A DNA stretch of 64,000 nucleotides from positions 96,001-160,000 of IMG/VR virus record IMGVR_UViG_3300035696_001556; one strand, 5' to 3'. Shown here piece after piece: positions 39,718 through 49,327 of the stretch. Origin of the DNA: a virus. A model generated the notes under the pieces. The model had not been told where the DNA came from. It saw only the letters and a list, made by a program, of their open reading frames with translations, and did not search any database. Positions within the stretch are counted from its first letter, which is position 1. Every line of letters begins with the position of its first letter. The translations under genes were made by a program, and so were the position numbers.

Positions 39718-42700
39718 ATGTCAGATTATTTTGGACCCGGACAGCCTAGAGTTTTAGACGTCTCCGATAGAAGTCTGGATCAGGTCGTATTCCAACAGAC
39801 ACGTCCTCCTCTCACTTCCGAGTGGAATTTAATAAATCAGATAGGTGATTTTAAATCACAGCAAAATATCCAGACGAGTTTGCCTTCTGGATGGCTTAAA
39901 GTAGGGACTGTCCAAGACATAGGTGTTACTGGTATATCTACTTCTGAAGCTTCAGCCCGTAGTGGACAGGTTCTAACATCTCTAACATACGGATCAAATA
40001 ATTTCAAACTTATTTGTAGAGACACAACGAATGTTGCTGTAATAAATGGATGGCCTTTTGTTGTACAAACCAACCTTGGCATTACAGATATTATAATGCA
40101 GTTGCCCGGTTTTACCAGTTTATACAGATATGATGTCATATTTTTGGAAGTATGGAAAAAACTGGTAAGTTACACGGATCTTTTGTATACTTATGGAAAT
40201 GTTGATGCTGGGGCTTTCCCTGATAATGAGATTCTATGGAGTGCGGTGGGAGCTGAAAGTACTAAGAGAGTTCAATTGCAATATAGGATTAGGACATCTC
40301 CTAATAGTAATCCAACTGGATGGGTTTGGAACACCTCTTCATATCCAGATGGTTTAGGACAATCTGATGTTTATGCCGTAGGAGGAAATCCAGATGGGTC
40401 GTATACCAGTTATTCTTTTACGAATGCCGGGGAACAAGACATAGGCCTTTACATAGCTGGAGACGGTAGCTCAACGGCCCAAACAGAACTTAATACCGTA
40501 GATGGATATGTTTATGCTATACCTATGTTCATGATATACAGACGGGGTTATACTCCTTTAGTACCGTTTTCATACAACAATATTTTTAGTAGTTCTATTT
40601 TATCTACTTCTGGATCAGGGTCAGATCGTCCAGATGGTAAGTACGCCGATATTGTATACAAAGACGATATAGTGGACTTAAGACATCAAATTGTTACTTC
40701 TGGTAAAGATCTAGAAGGTATCCTTCAGGAGAGCTTCAGAAAGCTAGCAACTAATCAGTTGAGTACTACTTTGGGTCAAGGTTTTACTAACGGACATGCA
40801 ATGACGCCTTGCCCAGGTGGATCAAATTTATTTAAATTAGAACAGATACAGGGGAGCATACACAACATAGGACAAGGTTGTGCGACTGGTGATTTCAAAA
40901 GAAGAGCCTACTGTAATGCCCAGCTTATCTCCGATCATAATGTTTTTGTAGTTCCACCGTTGCCTAATCCTAATGTTCCAACTGAATGGGGCTATGGTAC
41001 CATTCCTGTATCTTCTTTTTTTTCCAGCCCTATAGGAGAGATTATTTCCATAGATGGTGTGTATTTTATAGATGATGGAGTCGGAGACTCAGGAGCGGCT
41101 GTTAATGTTATATACAGCAACCCAACAGAAATAGTTTTACAGCCTGCTAGTATACCTCCAGTAACTAGATCTACTTCCTCTTGTAAATTGTACATAGAAT
41201 TTACTTTTCAATACTATGCACAACCGGCAGGATTTTTTGATGTCCCTAAAAAATTCTATGAGATCAGCAACAATGTTTATCAACCTATTGCCACAAGGGA
41301 TCAAACTATTCCAGTACGTTTTGCTAATGGAGGATCTTTTATAGCAGGATCTACTCAGGATTATGTAAAATATCAAGGTGGCAACTATACTGAAAACTAT
41401 GCTTTCGGACACGAATACTATTATTACATTTCCAACTCTGGCTCATCCAATTTTTCCATCACATGTCCGAATGGGATGTATAACAATTATACCATTTTGG
41501 GAGTTAAAACTGTCCAAACTCAAATAGGTCCAATTGGCAGCGGAGTATATGGAAACCCTGTTGATTTTACAGTAACCAGAACTGTTGTCTCTGGGACTGT
41601 AACCTACGCAATAGGAACAACCGTGATAGCTCCTGCAGACTTTTTGATTACGTTATACACAGGTACTAAGTTTTTTGAGATGTCTAAGCAAGGTAGAGGT
41701 ATAATAGATATCTACGAAATGATGCTTATCTCTGCCAGCAGGGACACGAACGGTAACTATAGGCTGGATACTGGGGATCCCAGTAAACCTATAATAGCCA
41801 TAGCCACCTATACGGGCTATAGCCCTCCTTATGTAATAGGTACTGCATATGTATATGACGGAGTAACGGGATCTATGATACCAGTCTTCCTGGCAGGGGG
41901 AGTCTCGCAAATAAATGACTATCTACCTGTTTTAAATAACAGTGAATATCAGGAAGGACTATTACCGACTCGTTTGTGGCTCAGTGCTCCAAATACACTA
42001 AATCCCACTATATTAGTCCCAGTTTTGGTGCATAGCTACGTGGCGTCTTCAGAATCAGCTTATAGCTTTTACTATAATTTCAATCCTTATCAAGGCCTGC
42101 TTACGTCCTCAAGTACTGAAAAAGGTAAGATTGAAAAAGAAGGTCCTGCTATAGTGACTTCTGAAGGTTCAGGGATAGTAAATAACTTTACTGTAAATCC
42201 CAGTGCAACTGATAGTGCAGCATCCATTACACAGACACAGAGAACGGTCACACAGTCAGGTAGCAACATGTTATCTTGGACAACATATGTCAAGCCTGGG
42301 GACTATTTCAGTATCTCTTCTCCTTATTATTACAGAATAATAAGTGTAGATTCTGATACACAGCTGACTTTAGCTGAATTATATGTCGAAGTTACTGCAG
42401 TAGCACAGCAGTATTCTATTGTGAGATTAGACATTCCTAATAGCAACGTCTCCAATACTATGGATATAATGCCTTCGTCAGATGCTACGGATTATAATGG
42501 GTTGGGCTCTGAATTTTCTATAGCTTCTGGTGGGGTATTAGGAACTTTAATAGAAATAAAAGAAAAAGTAGCGTTACAAGATCCTTTAGATACCATAGTA
42601 AACGATTTTCAATTAGGATTGAATCTGCCACCAGTTAACAGAGGAAGAGTTTACTTCCGTTTAACAGATGGAGAAAATGATTTCATTAAACTGGGAGTTT

Positions 42701-42957
42701 TAACTCCTTACATCAAATACGGCAACATAACTTGGAGCACTGCGCAAGGGTACAAAAAAGTATATCAGGCATACCTGTATAATCAAGCGTACTATGATGG
42801 GATCAATTATCGTGATCTGACTGGTAGAGCTTATTTGCTTGTCGTATCAAGCGAGACTAATCAAGGACAACAAGAAATACTGTTAAATGGATTTTCAAAA
42901 CAGGATGCTGTTGACATATTTGAATTAGTTGGAAGACCTATCATAAAAACAATTTAA
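39718..42957 (+). CDS. Baseplate/tail-fibre protein, paralog of 21718..26109
   Basis: Shared blocks VVFQ...PPL.SE.N, LEVW, E.T.RVQ.QY.IR, DG...AIPMF...RR, RPDG...I...DI.DLR, PYQ and C-terminal IFEL.G.P. Confidence 0.75.
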   Translation: MSDYFGPGQPRVLDVSDRSLDQVVFQQTRPPLTSEWNLINQIGDFKSQQNIQTSLPSGWLKVGTVQDIGVTGISTSEASARSGQVLTSLTYGSNNFKLICRDTTNVAVINGWPFVVQTNLGITDIIMQLPGFTSLYRYDVIFLEVWKKLVSYTDLLYTYGNVDAGAFPDNEILWSAVGAESTKRVQLQYRIRTSPNSNPTGWVWNTSSYPDGLGQSDVYAVGGNPDGSYTSYSFTNAGEQDIGLYIAGDGSSTAQTELNTVDGYVYAIPMFMIYRRGYTPLVPFSYNNIFSSSILSTSGSGSDRPDGKYADIVYKDDIVDLRHQIVTSGKDLEGILQESFRKLATNQLSTTLGQGFTNGHAMTPCPGGSNLFKLEQIQGSIHNIGQGCATGDFKRRAYCNAQLISDHNVFVVPPLPNPNVPTEWGYGTIPVSSFFSSPIGEIISIDGVYFIDDGVGDSGAAVNVIYSNPTEIVLQPASIPPVTRSTSSCKLYIEFTFQYYAQPAGFFDVPKKFYEISNNVYQPIATRDQTIPVRFANGGSFIAGSTQDYVKYQGGNYTENYAFGHEYYYYISNSGSSNFSITCPNGMYNNYTILGVKTVQTQIGPIGSGVYGNPVDFTVTRTVVSGTVTYAIGTTVIAPADFLITLYTGTKFFEMSKQGRGIIDIYEMMLISASRDTNGNYRLDTGDPSKPIIAIATYTGYSPPYVIGTAYVYDGVTGSMIPVFLAGGVSQINDYLPVLNNSEYQEGLLPTRLWLSAPNTLNPTILVPVLVHSYVASSESAYSFYYNFNPYQGLLTSSSTEKGKIEKEGPAIVTSEGSGIVNNFTVNPSATDSAASITQTQRTVTQSGSNMLSWTTYVKPGDYFSISSPYYYRIISVDSDTQLTLAELYVEVTAVAQQYSIVRLDIPNSNVSNTMDIMPSSDATDYNGLGSEFSIASGGVLGTLIEIKEKVALQDPLDTIVNDFQLGLNLPPVNRGRVYFRLTDGENDFIKLGVLTPYIKYGNITWSTAQGYKKVYQAYLYNQAYYDGINYRDLTGRAYLLVVSSETNQGQQEILLNGFSKQDAVDIFELVGRPIIKTI

Positions 42958-42981
42958 GTGCAACTTTAGAAGGGCACTACT

Positions 42982-43299
42982 ATGAGTGGAGAAATTTTAA
43001 AAACGGCAATCGATTTGGCTGGAGAACCAAAGAAAAACGGAAATGGCTATGGAAATGGGAACGGAAAAAGATGGCAGTTAATCAGAGATGTCCTTCTTAG
43101 TGGAACGTTTTTGTTCTGTATAGGGATATTGTGGCAGACTTCAGCTTTCGTCACTAAAGTAGATGATTTTATGGCTCTGCAGAAAGATGAATGGATTAAG
43201 ATGGATGTAAGGGTAAAAGTTGCAGAAAATGACCTACAAGTTCTGAAAGAATGGAAGGTGGCTCGTACTCAGCAGCCTTTCAGCGATAAAAAGGAATAA
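42982..43299 (+). CDS. Small single-TM membrane protein (holin-like)
   Basis: One hydrophobic helix VLLSGTFLFCIGILW followed by a coiled coil; at the end of the tail cluster. Confidence 0.5.
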   Translation: MSGEILKTAIDLAGEPKKNGNGYGNGNGKRWQLIRDVLLSGTFLFCIGILWQTSAFVTKVDDFMALQKDEWIKMDVRVKVAENDLQVLKEWKVARTQQPFSDKKE

Positions 43300-43301
43300 T
43301 A

Positions 43302-44594
43302 ATGTCTATTTCTAAGAGATCTGTGACTAATGTTTTAAGGAAGGTGTATGCTATTGATCCTTTAGGTAAACAGGACATGCCCAAGGAGCAAACACCTGTG
43401 AAAACAGAAGTTCCTCCTCAAGCGCCAGAAACTCTACAGATAATGAATCGTATTTTCTTTTATGATGCCGATCCAAATAAGAAGATTTCTTTTTCCAATC
43501 TCAATGACATCTTGACTGGGACGGACGATAATGATAAACAGGAGCTTTTAAATAATCTTAAAGGTGGAAATACTGCAGATTTTCATGCGGACTATTTCAA
43601 ATGGAGAGCACTATTCGTTAAGGCTGTGTCCCAAAAGGATCAAACAAAAGTGGTCGTTTATAGATTCGATCTGAATCCATGGGGAACCAAAGCTTCGGGT
43701 GGAGACATGATTAAAACCAATGTGGCAGGTTTTAATCCACCATCTCCAGACGATGTAGCGAAGGATACTAACTATAAACTTTTTGCCACCATCAATGAAA
43801 TCCCTGACATGGTAAGTCTGAGCCAGGGTCCTGAGGCTATTTACAGTACGGATAGGGTTTCAGATCAGTTTTCAACCAGACTACTTAGTGCCAGAGCTGA
43901 AACTACAGTCGCAAAGAAAATGAATTATGATAATTTCAAGACAAATATATTCGCGTATTTTCGCATTTGGGTACCGATCAATGTTAACGAGCTAAGAAAC
44001 GTCGATGGATCAAAACCAACCACGGATCAACTACCACTGGGGCTTCAAAGAAGCTCACCGGGACACTATAAAGGTGGTGGAGATTTCTTTAAGAAATTTG
44101 TGACAGCTGGTAAATATAATGTTGGAGAAAAGATGGAGGCACCTGTGACTAGCCCAGTAGAACAGCAACCTGAAAAAATTCAAGAAAAAGCTCCCGAGTT
44201 CACACCAGTGACCAAAGAGGCTAATCTTGTTGAGATAAAAGAAGACAAAGGCAGAGGCGTAATGCACTATACCGGAAGCTACGACATCATGCAGAAGCTT
44301 GTTGAAGCGCAACATAAAAAAATGAAAATAAGGAAAGAAGCATTGGCACAAGCGGGACAGGGAGGAACAGTTTTTCGTCCTCCAAAAGTTAATACACCGG
44401 TACCTATAGGCAATGTTCAAGAAACAAAAAAGGTAGTGGTGCCGTTGTTAAATGCCTCTAAAAAATTAGAGACACTTATGAAAGGTCTACCTGGATCTGG
44501 AGTTCAACAAACATCTCAAGCAGTTACGGTAGGTACTGGAATGGGGGTACAGAGCTCAGTAAAAAGCGTTCTAAAAAAATATTTTGGTTCCTAA
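43302..44594 (+). CDS. Hypothetical protein (possibly internal virion protein)
   Basis: 430-aa ORF; similar basic motifs at both termini (SVTNVLRKVY / SVKSVLKKYF). Confidence 0.55.
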   Translation: MSISKRSVTNVLRKVYAIDPLGKQDMPKEQTPVKTEVPPQAPETLQIMNRIFFYDADPNKKISFSNLNDILTGTDDNDKQELLNNLKGGNTADFHADYFKWRALFVKAVSQKDQTKVVVYRFDLNPWGTKASGGDMIKTNVAGFNPPSPDDVAKDTNYKLFATINEIPDMVSLSQGPEAIYSTDRVSDQFSTRLLSARAETTVAKKMNYDNFKTNIFAYFRIWVPINVNELRNVDGSKPTTDQLPLGLQRSSPGHYKGGGDFFKKFVTAGKYNVGEKMEAPVTSPVEQQPEKIQEKAPEFTPVTKEANLVEIKEDKGRGVMHYTGSYDIMQKLVEAQHKKMKIRKEALAQAGQGGTVFRPPKVNTPVPIGNVQETKKVVVPLLNASKKLETLMKGLPGSGVQQTSQAVTVGTGMGVQSSVKSVLKKYFGS

Positions 44595-44600
44595 AAGCCC

Positions 44601-44641
44601 ACTTTAATTTCTAGTGCCTGCGTTAGTATATTATATATAAT
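44601..44641 (+). promoter_or_regulatory. Putative promoter of the replication module
   Basis: TATATT (44627-32) and TATAAT (44636-41) in the gap between the structural and replication modules; weak -35. Confidence 0.45.
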
Positions 44642-44679
44642 AGGTACATCATATTTACTTTTTTAAAAGATAAGATTTC

Positions 44680-46443
44680 ATGGGCGGATACAGTCTCGTA
44701 CCTTCAAACTACGAATTCCTAAAGAAACTCCGGGCTAGTAAAACAGCTACCTTGAAGCCTTGTTCCTTCTTAAAAGAATCCACACAACTGAGATACTATC
44801 AGGTTGTAGGCGCTACAAATTTAATGTGCCTCAGCCGTATGATACTGGGCGATTCTGTGGGTTTAGGTAAGACCTGCGAGCTAATCGCCGCCTATGCTTT
44901 CTTGTTACAAAAAGATCCCACTCTTAAACTTCTTGTTGTAACTCCCAACTCAGCCATGGATCAGTGGGCTGAGGAGTTCGAGAAGTTCTCAAAAGACATT
45001 AAAGTTCATGTTATGTCCAATGAATTTGGTAAACTTAAAGGCCAAAACAAATGTGCCCATGTAGCCTATTTGAAAAAAAGAGGAATCCCGTACAATAAAA
45101 TTACCGGTTTTGACGCGAGAAAAATGCAGTATGATTACGTTAAAGCCCACGTCCTAATAACAAGCTATTTTACTGTTCAAGAGGATTATACTTTTTTAAT
45201 ACAGAATAGATCCCCAAATTATATGGTAGCTTGGGACGAGTGTCAGGCATTCAAATCAAGAACAACAAAAACACACTTTGGAGCTAGTAAAATATCTGAA
45301 AAAGCCGTCCGAGTTTATGGGCTGAGCGCCACCGTCATAAAAAACAGACTCGAGGAGGCTTACAATATTTTCCGTATTATAGTCCCAGGATTATTTGGAA
45401 GCGTGGCCAGGTTCCATAGAAATTTTGTTAAACTAAAGAAGATGAAAAAGAAACCAGGCAGCAAAAAAAGATTTTACACCATAATAACCGGATATAAAAA
45501 TCTTAAAGATTTCAGAACTACCATTGAGCCATATTTTCTTATACGTAAAACAAAAGATGTGGCCAAAGAACTCCCTGCTATCATTTCTAAAAAAGTAGTT
45601 TTGGAGATGACGGAACCGCAAGCAGTCCTCTATAAATTGGCTTTGAACGGATATATCTACCAACAAAGGGTCAAAACTAAATACTTTGAATTCAGGGATT
45701 ACTATGATAAACTGCTTACGCCTTCAGAAAAAGATGTGACCGACCTAGAGAAGTTAAGTAAAGCCTACAGTGAGTCTCTTACCGAAGACGGAATGTTAAA
45801 AAATAAACTGGCGGCTCTGTCCTTTTGTCAGCTTGTCTCTAATGGACCGCAATGGTTAGATAAAACAGAGCCTGGAGAAAGTTCTAAAGAAACCGAGTTT
45901 AAACGCATATTTGATCAGGAGTTACGTGCAGAGAAGACGATAGTATTTACACGGTTTAAATCCGGCATCCCACGGTTAGCAACTATCCTGGATGAGTTGG
46001 AGATCAAATACACGATGATAACAGGGGATGTTATAAAAGAGGATAGAAAGAGTGCCCGTTTGGATTTTCAGAACCTCACAAACAAAATACCGGTCATATT
46101 TATTACATCAGCTGGATCTGCTGCTTTAAATCTCCAAGCCGCCAATGTTATATTATTCTATGACACTCCGTGGAGCTATGGGGATTTGTATCAAACAATA
46201 GGCCGTGCGCAGAGGATAGGAAGCATCCATCCTCACGTTCATATTATTCATATGGTGAATAAAAAAACGATAGACGAGCATGTTTTAGATATCTTGGAGA
46301 GTAAGAAACAACTCATTACGGAAGTAGTGGGAGATATAGCAGAAGGTGCCATAGAATTTACAGGAAAAGATTCCATAATTTTTAAAGAAGACGAGAGCTC
46401 CATTGATGCTCTCTTCAAGTCAGTTTTTAAAAAAGCAGCTTAA
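44680..46443 (+). CDS. SNF2/SWI2-family helicase
   Basis: LRYYQ, LGDSVGLGKT (motif I), WDECQ (II), LSAT (III), ALNLQAAN (V), QTIGRAQRIG (VI). Confidence 0.92.
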   Translation: MGGYSLVPSNYEFLKKLRASKTATLKPCSFLKESTQLRYYQVVGATNLMCLSRMILGDSVGLGKTCELIAAYAFLLQKDPTLKLLVVTPNSAMDQWAEEFEKFSKDIKVHVMSNEFGKLKGQNKCAHVAYLKKRGIPYNKITGFDARKMQYDYVKAHVLITSYFTVQEDYTFLIQNRSPNYMVAWDECQAFKSRTTKTHFGASKISEKAVRVYGLSATVIKNRLEEAYNIFRIIVPGLFGSVARFHRNFVKLKKMKKKPGSKKRFYTIITGYKNLKDFRTTIEPYFLIRKTKDVAKELPAIISKKVVLEMTEPQAVLYKLALNGYIYQQRVKTKYFEFRDYYDKLLTPSEKDVTDLEKLSKAYSESLTEDGMLKNKLAALSFCQLVSNGPQWLDKTEPGESSKETEFKRIFDQELRAEKTIVFTRFKSGIPRLATILDELEIKYTMITGDVIKEDRKSARLDFQNLTNKIPVIFITSAGSAALNLQAANVILFYDTPWSYGDLYQTIGRAQRIGSIHPHVHIIHMVNKKTIDEHVLDILESKKQLITEVVGDIAEGAIEFTGKDSIIFKEDESSIDALFKSVFKKAA

Positions 46444-46481
46444 CTTTTAAAAGTTGCAGTATTTTAGAAAAAGCGACTCTA

Positions 46482-47219
46482 ATGGAAAACAAAAAAGTTT
46501 GCCCCTATTGCGGCAATTCGGGTCAGATAAAATTCATATCCGCGAACAGAAAAAGCATTGCTGTAGACAAGTACAACAAACCGCTAGTGGAGTACAGTTA
46601 TTATACTTGCCCCTGTGTTAACAATAAGGTAATCAGTGAGACCTACAATAAACTTTCTGGAACACCGGACGTAACCCTTGCAGAAGCCATTTATGCAGGA
46701 AAATTCGCTGGATTCAGGAACCTCGTTATCCACGGCAGCGAAGAAAAATTTCTATTCCTTGTAAAAGCCACAATGCTCCTTCATGCGAACTATCATCGAA
46801 CTTTTGAAATTCTAAACGGTATAGAGCTCGTACAGAAATATTATGTTGAACAGCGTCCTGGAACTTTCAGAAGTTTGTCCGATCTCGAAGCCAAAGATCT
46901 GTTGATATTTTTGTTTGATGCAGCTCCAGAAAATAAAGTGCAAAATACGACTGTTTTTGAAGTAATAAAAAACAGATTGCGCATGAACAGTCTTGAAAAA
47001 CGCTTGAAAAAAGAAGAAGTTTATCGACCCACTTGGGTCTATACCACATCACAGGAATCTATAACAAAAAGTAAAGAATACTCCAGTGATGCGGGGCAAC
47101 TTCTTAAAACTCATTTTACATGGTTGAATTTAGAAGATTATGACACACCTTTTAAAGCTGCGGGGCCTGAGTCATTGCAGAAGAGATCCGCAGCTCAAGA
47201 CATCACGGGAGATATTTAA
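46482..47219 (+). CDS. DnaC/IstB-like helicase loader with Zn finger, degenerate ATPase
   Basis: CPYC...CPC N-terminus; DLLIFL; EVIKNR...RPTWVYT resembles DnaC/IstB. No intact Walker A. Abuts DnaB. Confidence 0.6.
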   Translation: MENKKVCPYCGNSGQIKFISANRKSIAVDKYNKPLVEYSYYTCPCVNNKVISETYNKLSGTPDVTLAEAIYAGKFAGFRNLVIHGSEEKFLFLVKATMLLHANYHRTFEILNGIELVQKYYVEQRPGTFRSLSDLEAKDLLIFLFDAAPENKVQNTTVFEVIKNRLRMNSLEKRLKKEEVYRPTWVYTTSQESITKSKEYSSDAGQLLKTHFTWLNLEDYDTPFKAAGPESLQKRSAAQDITGDI

Positions 47220-48776
47220 ATGCTTGATATAGCAATAATTTTCCGATCAATAATAAACTTCAAAGATGCTGCCGGACAGGAAACGATCTCACAGCCCAAT
47301 CTTGTGAAGAATTTCAGAGCATTACAGGAACACGTTCCTGATCCCCCAGAAGAAAAAGCATACCAAATTCTATACCACTATATTTTGGATCATGTCAGGA
47401 CTTGTGACACTTCTGATGACTACGAGCTTCCTTCGTATGAGCTGATTAAAAAATGGTTTGAAGAAAACGGGGATAAAGAGGTTGAGGCTATATTATCTGT
47501 TTTGGAGAAAATAAGAGTACAACAGCCATACATAGGTCAAGATTATCGGAAGATCTTGAAGCAGTACAAACAAGAGGTAGATTTACTTAAGCTTGAGCAG
47601 ATTCTTGTTACTGCTGAAAAAATCGCCAAGATAGGGCTAAGAGAAAGTAAAGCCAAAAATGCGCCGTTGCTGAAAGGTATCCCAGACGCTATAGACTACT
47701 TTGCCAGGCAGTCAAGATATCTGAGGCAAAATGTTTTTGGACTGAAGTTAGAATCACAGATAGTAAGCCAGGAGGATGTTACAGAAATGAAAACAGATTA
47801 TGAAAAAGTAAAAAAAGACCCTATAGAAGTTTTAGGTATCTATACGGGACTTGATTCAATAGATACTGTGTGTAAAGGTTTGAAAAACACAGAGCTAATG
47901 CTTGTAACAGCTTTTACCTCTCATGGAAAGACTACGTTTGTAATGCATGTTGCATACAAAGCAATCATATCCGGATTCAATAGCGCAGTGATTACCCTGG
48001 AGCAATCCTTCAAGGAGATACGCCAACAGATTTATGTGAAGCATACCTGTAATCCTAAATTCAGTCAAGAACCTTATAGCATTAAGCATCCGGAATTTTC
48101 AAAATACATAGGAAATATAGCTTTGGAAGACATTATCTATGGTAATTTGGATGAAAAGGAACAAGCGTTTTTTGATGCAGTCTGCACTGATCTAATTGAG
48201 ACCCCCGGTTATGGTAAGCTTTATCTGTGGCAACCCCCAAAGGCTCAGATCACTGTGGCGGATATAGAGTTCAAGCTTATGCAGATCCAGCAAGAGCTGA
48301 AGGCTACAGGCAGAGATCTGGAGTTTGCAGTTATAGATTATATCAGTCTTTTGGGGTTGCCGGTTGAGGAAAGGACTAAAGATCCCAATGAAAATCAGAA
48401 CACCATCATAAAACAGCTTAAGAGGATGTGTTTAACTTTCAATAATGGAAAAGGGATAAGGATATTGTCTCCGTTTCAGGCAAGCAGAAAAGGATATGAG
48501 GAAGCCATAGAGCATGACGGTATATACAGCTTAACGGCTTTGTCAAATGCCCATGAAGCAGAACGATCTTCAGATGTTGTGATAGCTCTATTTGTGGACA
48601 AAGATGGCAGAAACGAAGGAAAAACAAAATTCAGTTGTTTGAAAAACAGAAGACACAGGTTCTTTAATCCTTTCAATGCGATATTGAGTCATAAATCTTT
48701 CACCTATACGGAAAGCAATTTTGATCCAGGTCTGGAAGCAGTAGCAGCAGCCGAACAAATTCAAAGTATCATATGA
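47220..48776 (+). CDS. dnaB: DnaB-like replicative helicase
   Basis: TGLDSID...GL..TELMLVTAFTSHGKTT (Walker A), ITLEQ, VIDYISL, Q.SR, AERSSDVVIAL, LKNR. Confidence 0.9.
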   Translation: MLDIAIIFRSIINFKDAAGQETISQPNLVKNFRALQEHVPDPPEEKAYQILYHYILDHVRTCDTSDDYELPSYELIKKWFEENGDKEVEAILSVLEKIRVQQPYIGQDYRKILKQYKQEVDLLKLEQILVTAEKIAKIGLRESKAKNAPLLKGIPDAIDYFARQSRYLRQNVFGLKLESQIVSQEDVTEMKTDYEKVKKDPIEVLGIYTGLDSIDTVCKGLKNTELMLVTAFTSHGKTTFVMHVAYKAIISGFNSAVITLEQSFKEIRQQIYVKHTCNPKFSQEPYSIKHPEFSKYIGNIALEDIIYGNLDEKEQAFFDAVCTDLIETPGYGKLYLWQPPKAQITVADIEFKLMQIQQELKATGRDLEFAVIDYISLLGLPVEERTKDPNENQNTIIKQLKRMCLTFNNGKGIRILSPFQASRKGYEEAIEHDGIYSLTALSNAHEAERSSDVVIALFVDKDGRNEGKTKFSCLKNRRHRFFNPFNAILSHKSFTYTESNFDPGLEAVAAAEQIQSII

Positions 48777-49327
48777 AAGACCTTCAAAGTTTAAAGGAAC
48801 ACATTAAAAAATATGTTACTCTCGGAGATCTACTTCGAAATGAAGGAAAATTACTTTACAACCTTGATGAAGAACAGATCCATTGCCCTTTTCATGGAGA
48901 AGACAGAAGAAAAAGCGCACGGTATTACAAAAGTACCGATGACATATACTGCTGGAAATGTAAAAAAATATGGGACATCTTCTCCTATCTTCAACAGAGC
49001 AAAGGGATCTCATTAGGAGAAGCCATAAACAGTCTTGTACAGACGTACAGGATAGATATTTCATCTGTCCCAGAGCAGATGGAAGTACTTATAAAGGGAG
49101 TAACTGGGACACAAAGAATAGAGATAGATCGTAAAAAGGTTTTCTTAATGCAAGTGTATGACTATCTCATAGGGATAAGGGATAAAGTAGATTTTGAAAA
49201 ATTCAGGAAGCTGGCATTTTCATATATGATTCTAAAATGTTCCATAACGGATGAAAAATTCACGGAAGCTTCAGGGAAACTCAACGAAGCCCTGATCCGA
49301 GTAACGAAAGAAATTAACAATGGCTGA
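48773..49327 (+). CDS. Stand-alone CHC2 zinc-finger (DnaG N-terminal-like) protein
   Basis: CPFHGEDRRKSA...YCWKC...DIF...GISLGEAI; no TOPRIM domain. Confidence 0.85.
   Translation: MKDLQSLKEHIKKYVTLGDLLRNEGKLLYNLDEEQIHCPFHGEDRRKSARYYKSTDDIYCWKCKKIWDIFSYLQQSKGISLGEAINSLVQTYRIDISSVPEQMEVLIKGVTGTQRIEIDRKKVFLMQVYDYLIGIRDKVDFEKFRKLAFSYMILKCSITDEKFTEASGKLNEALIRVTKEINNG

Noticed and set aside
770-42957. Bacterial eCIS/T6SS locus
   Set aside because: Contiguous with phage-type replication genes and very large baseplate proteins; no TssJLM/ClpV or Afp15-type genes seen.
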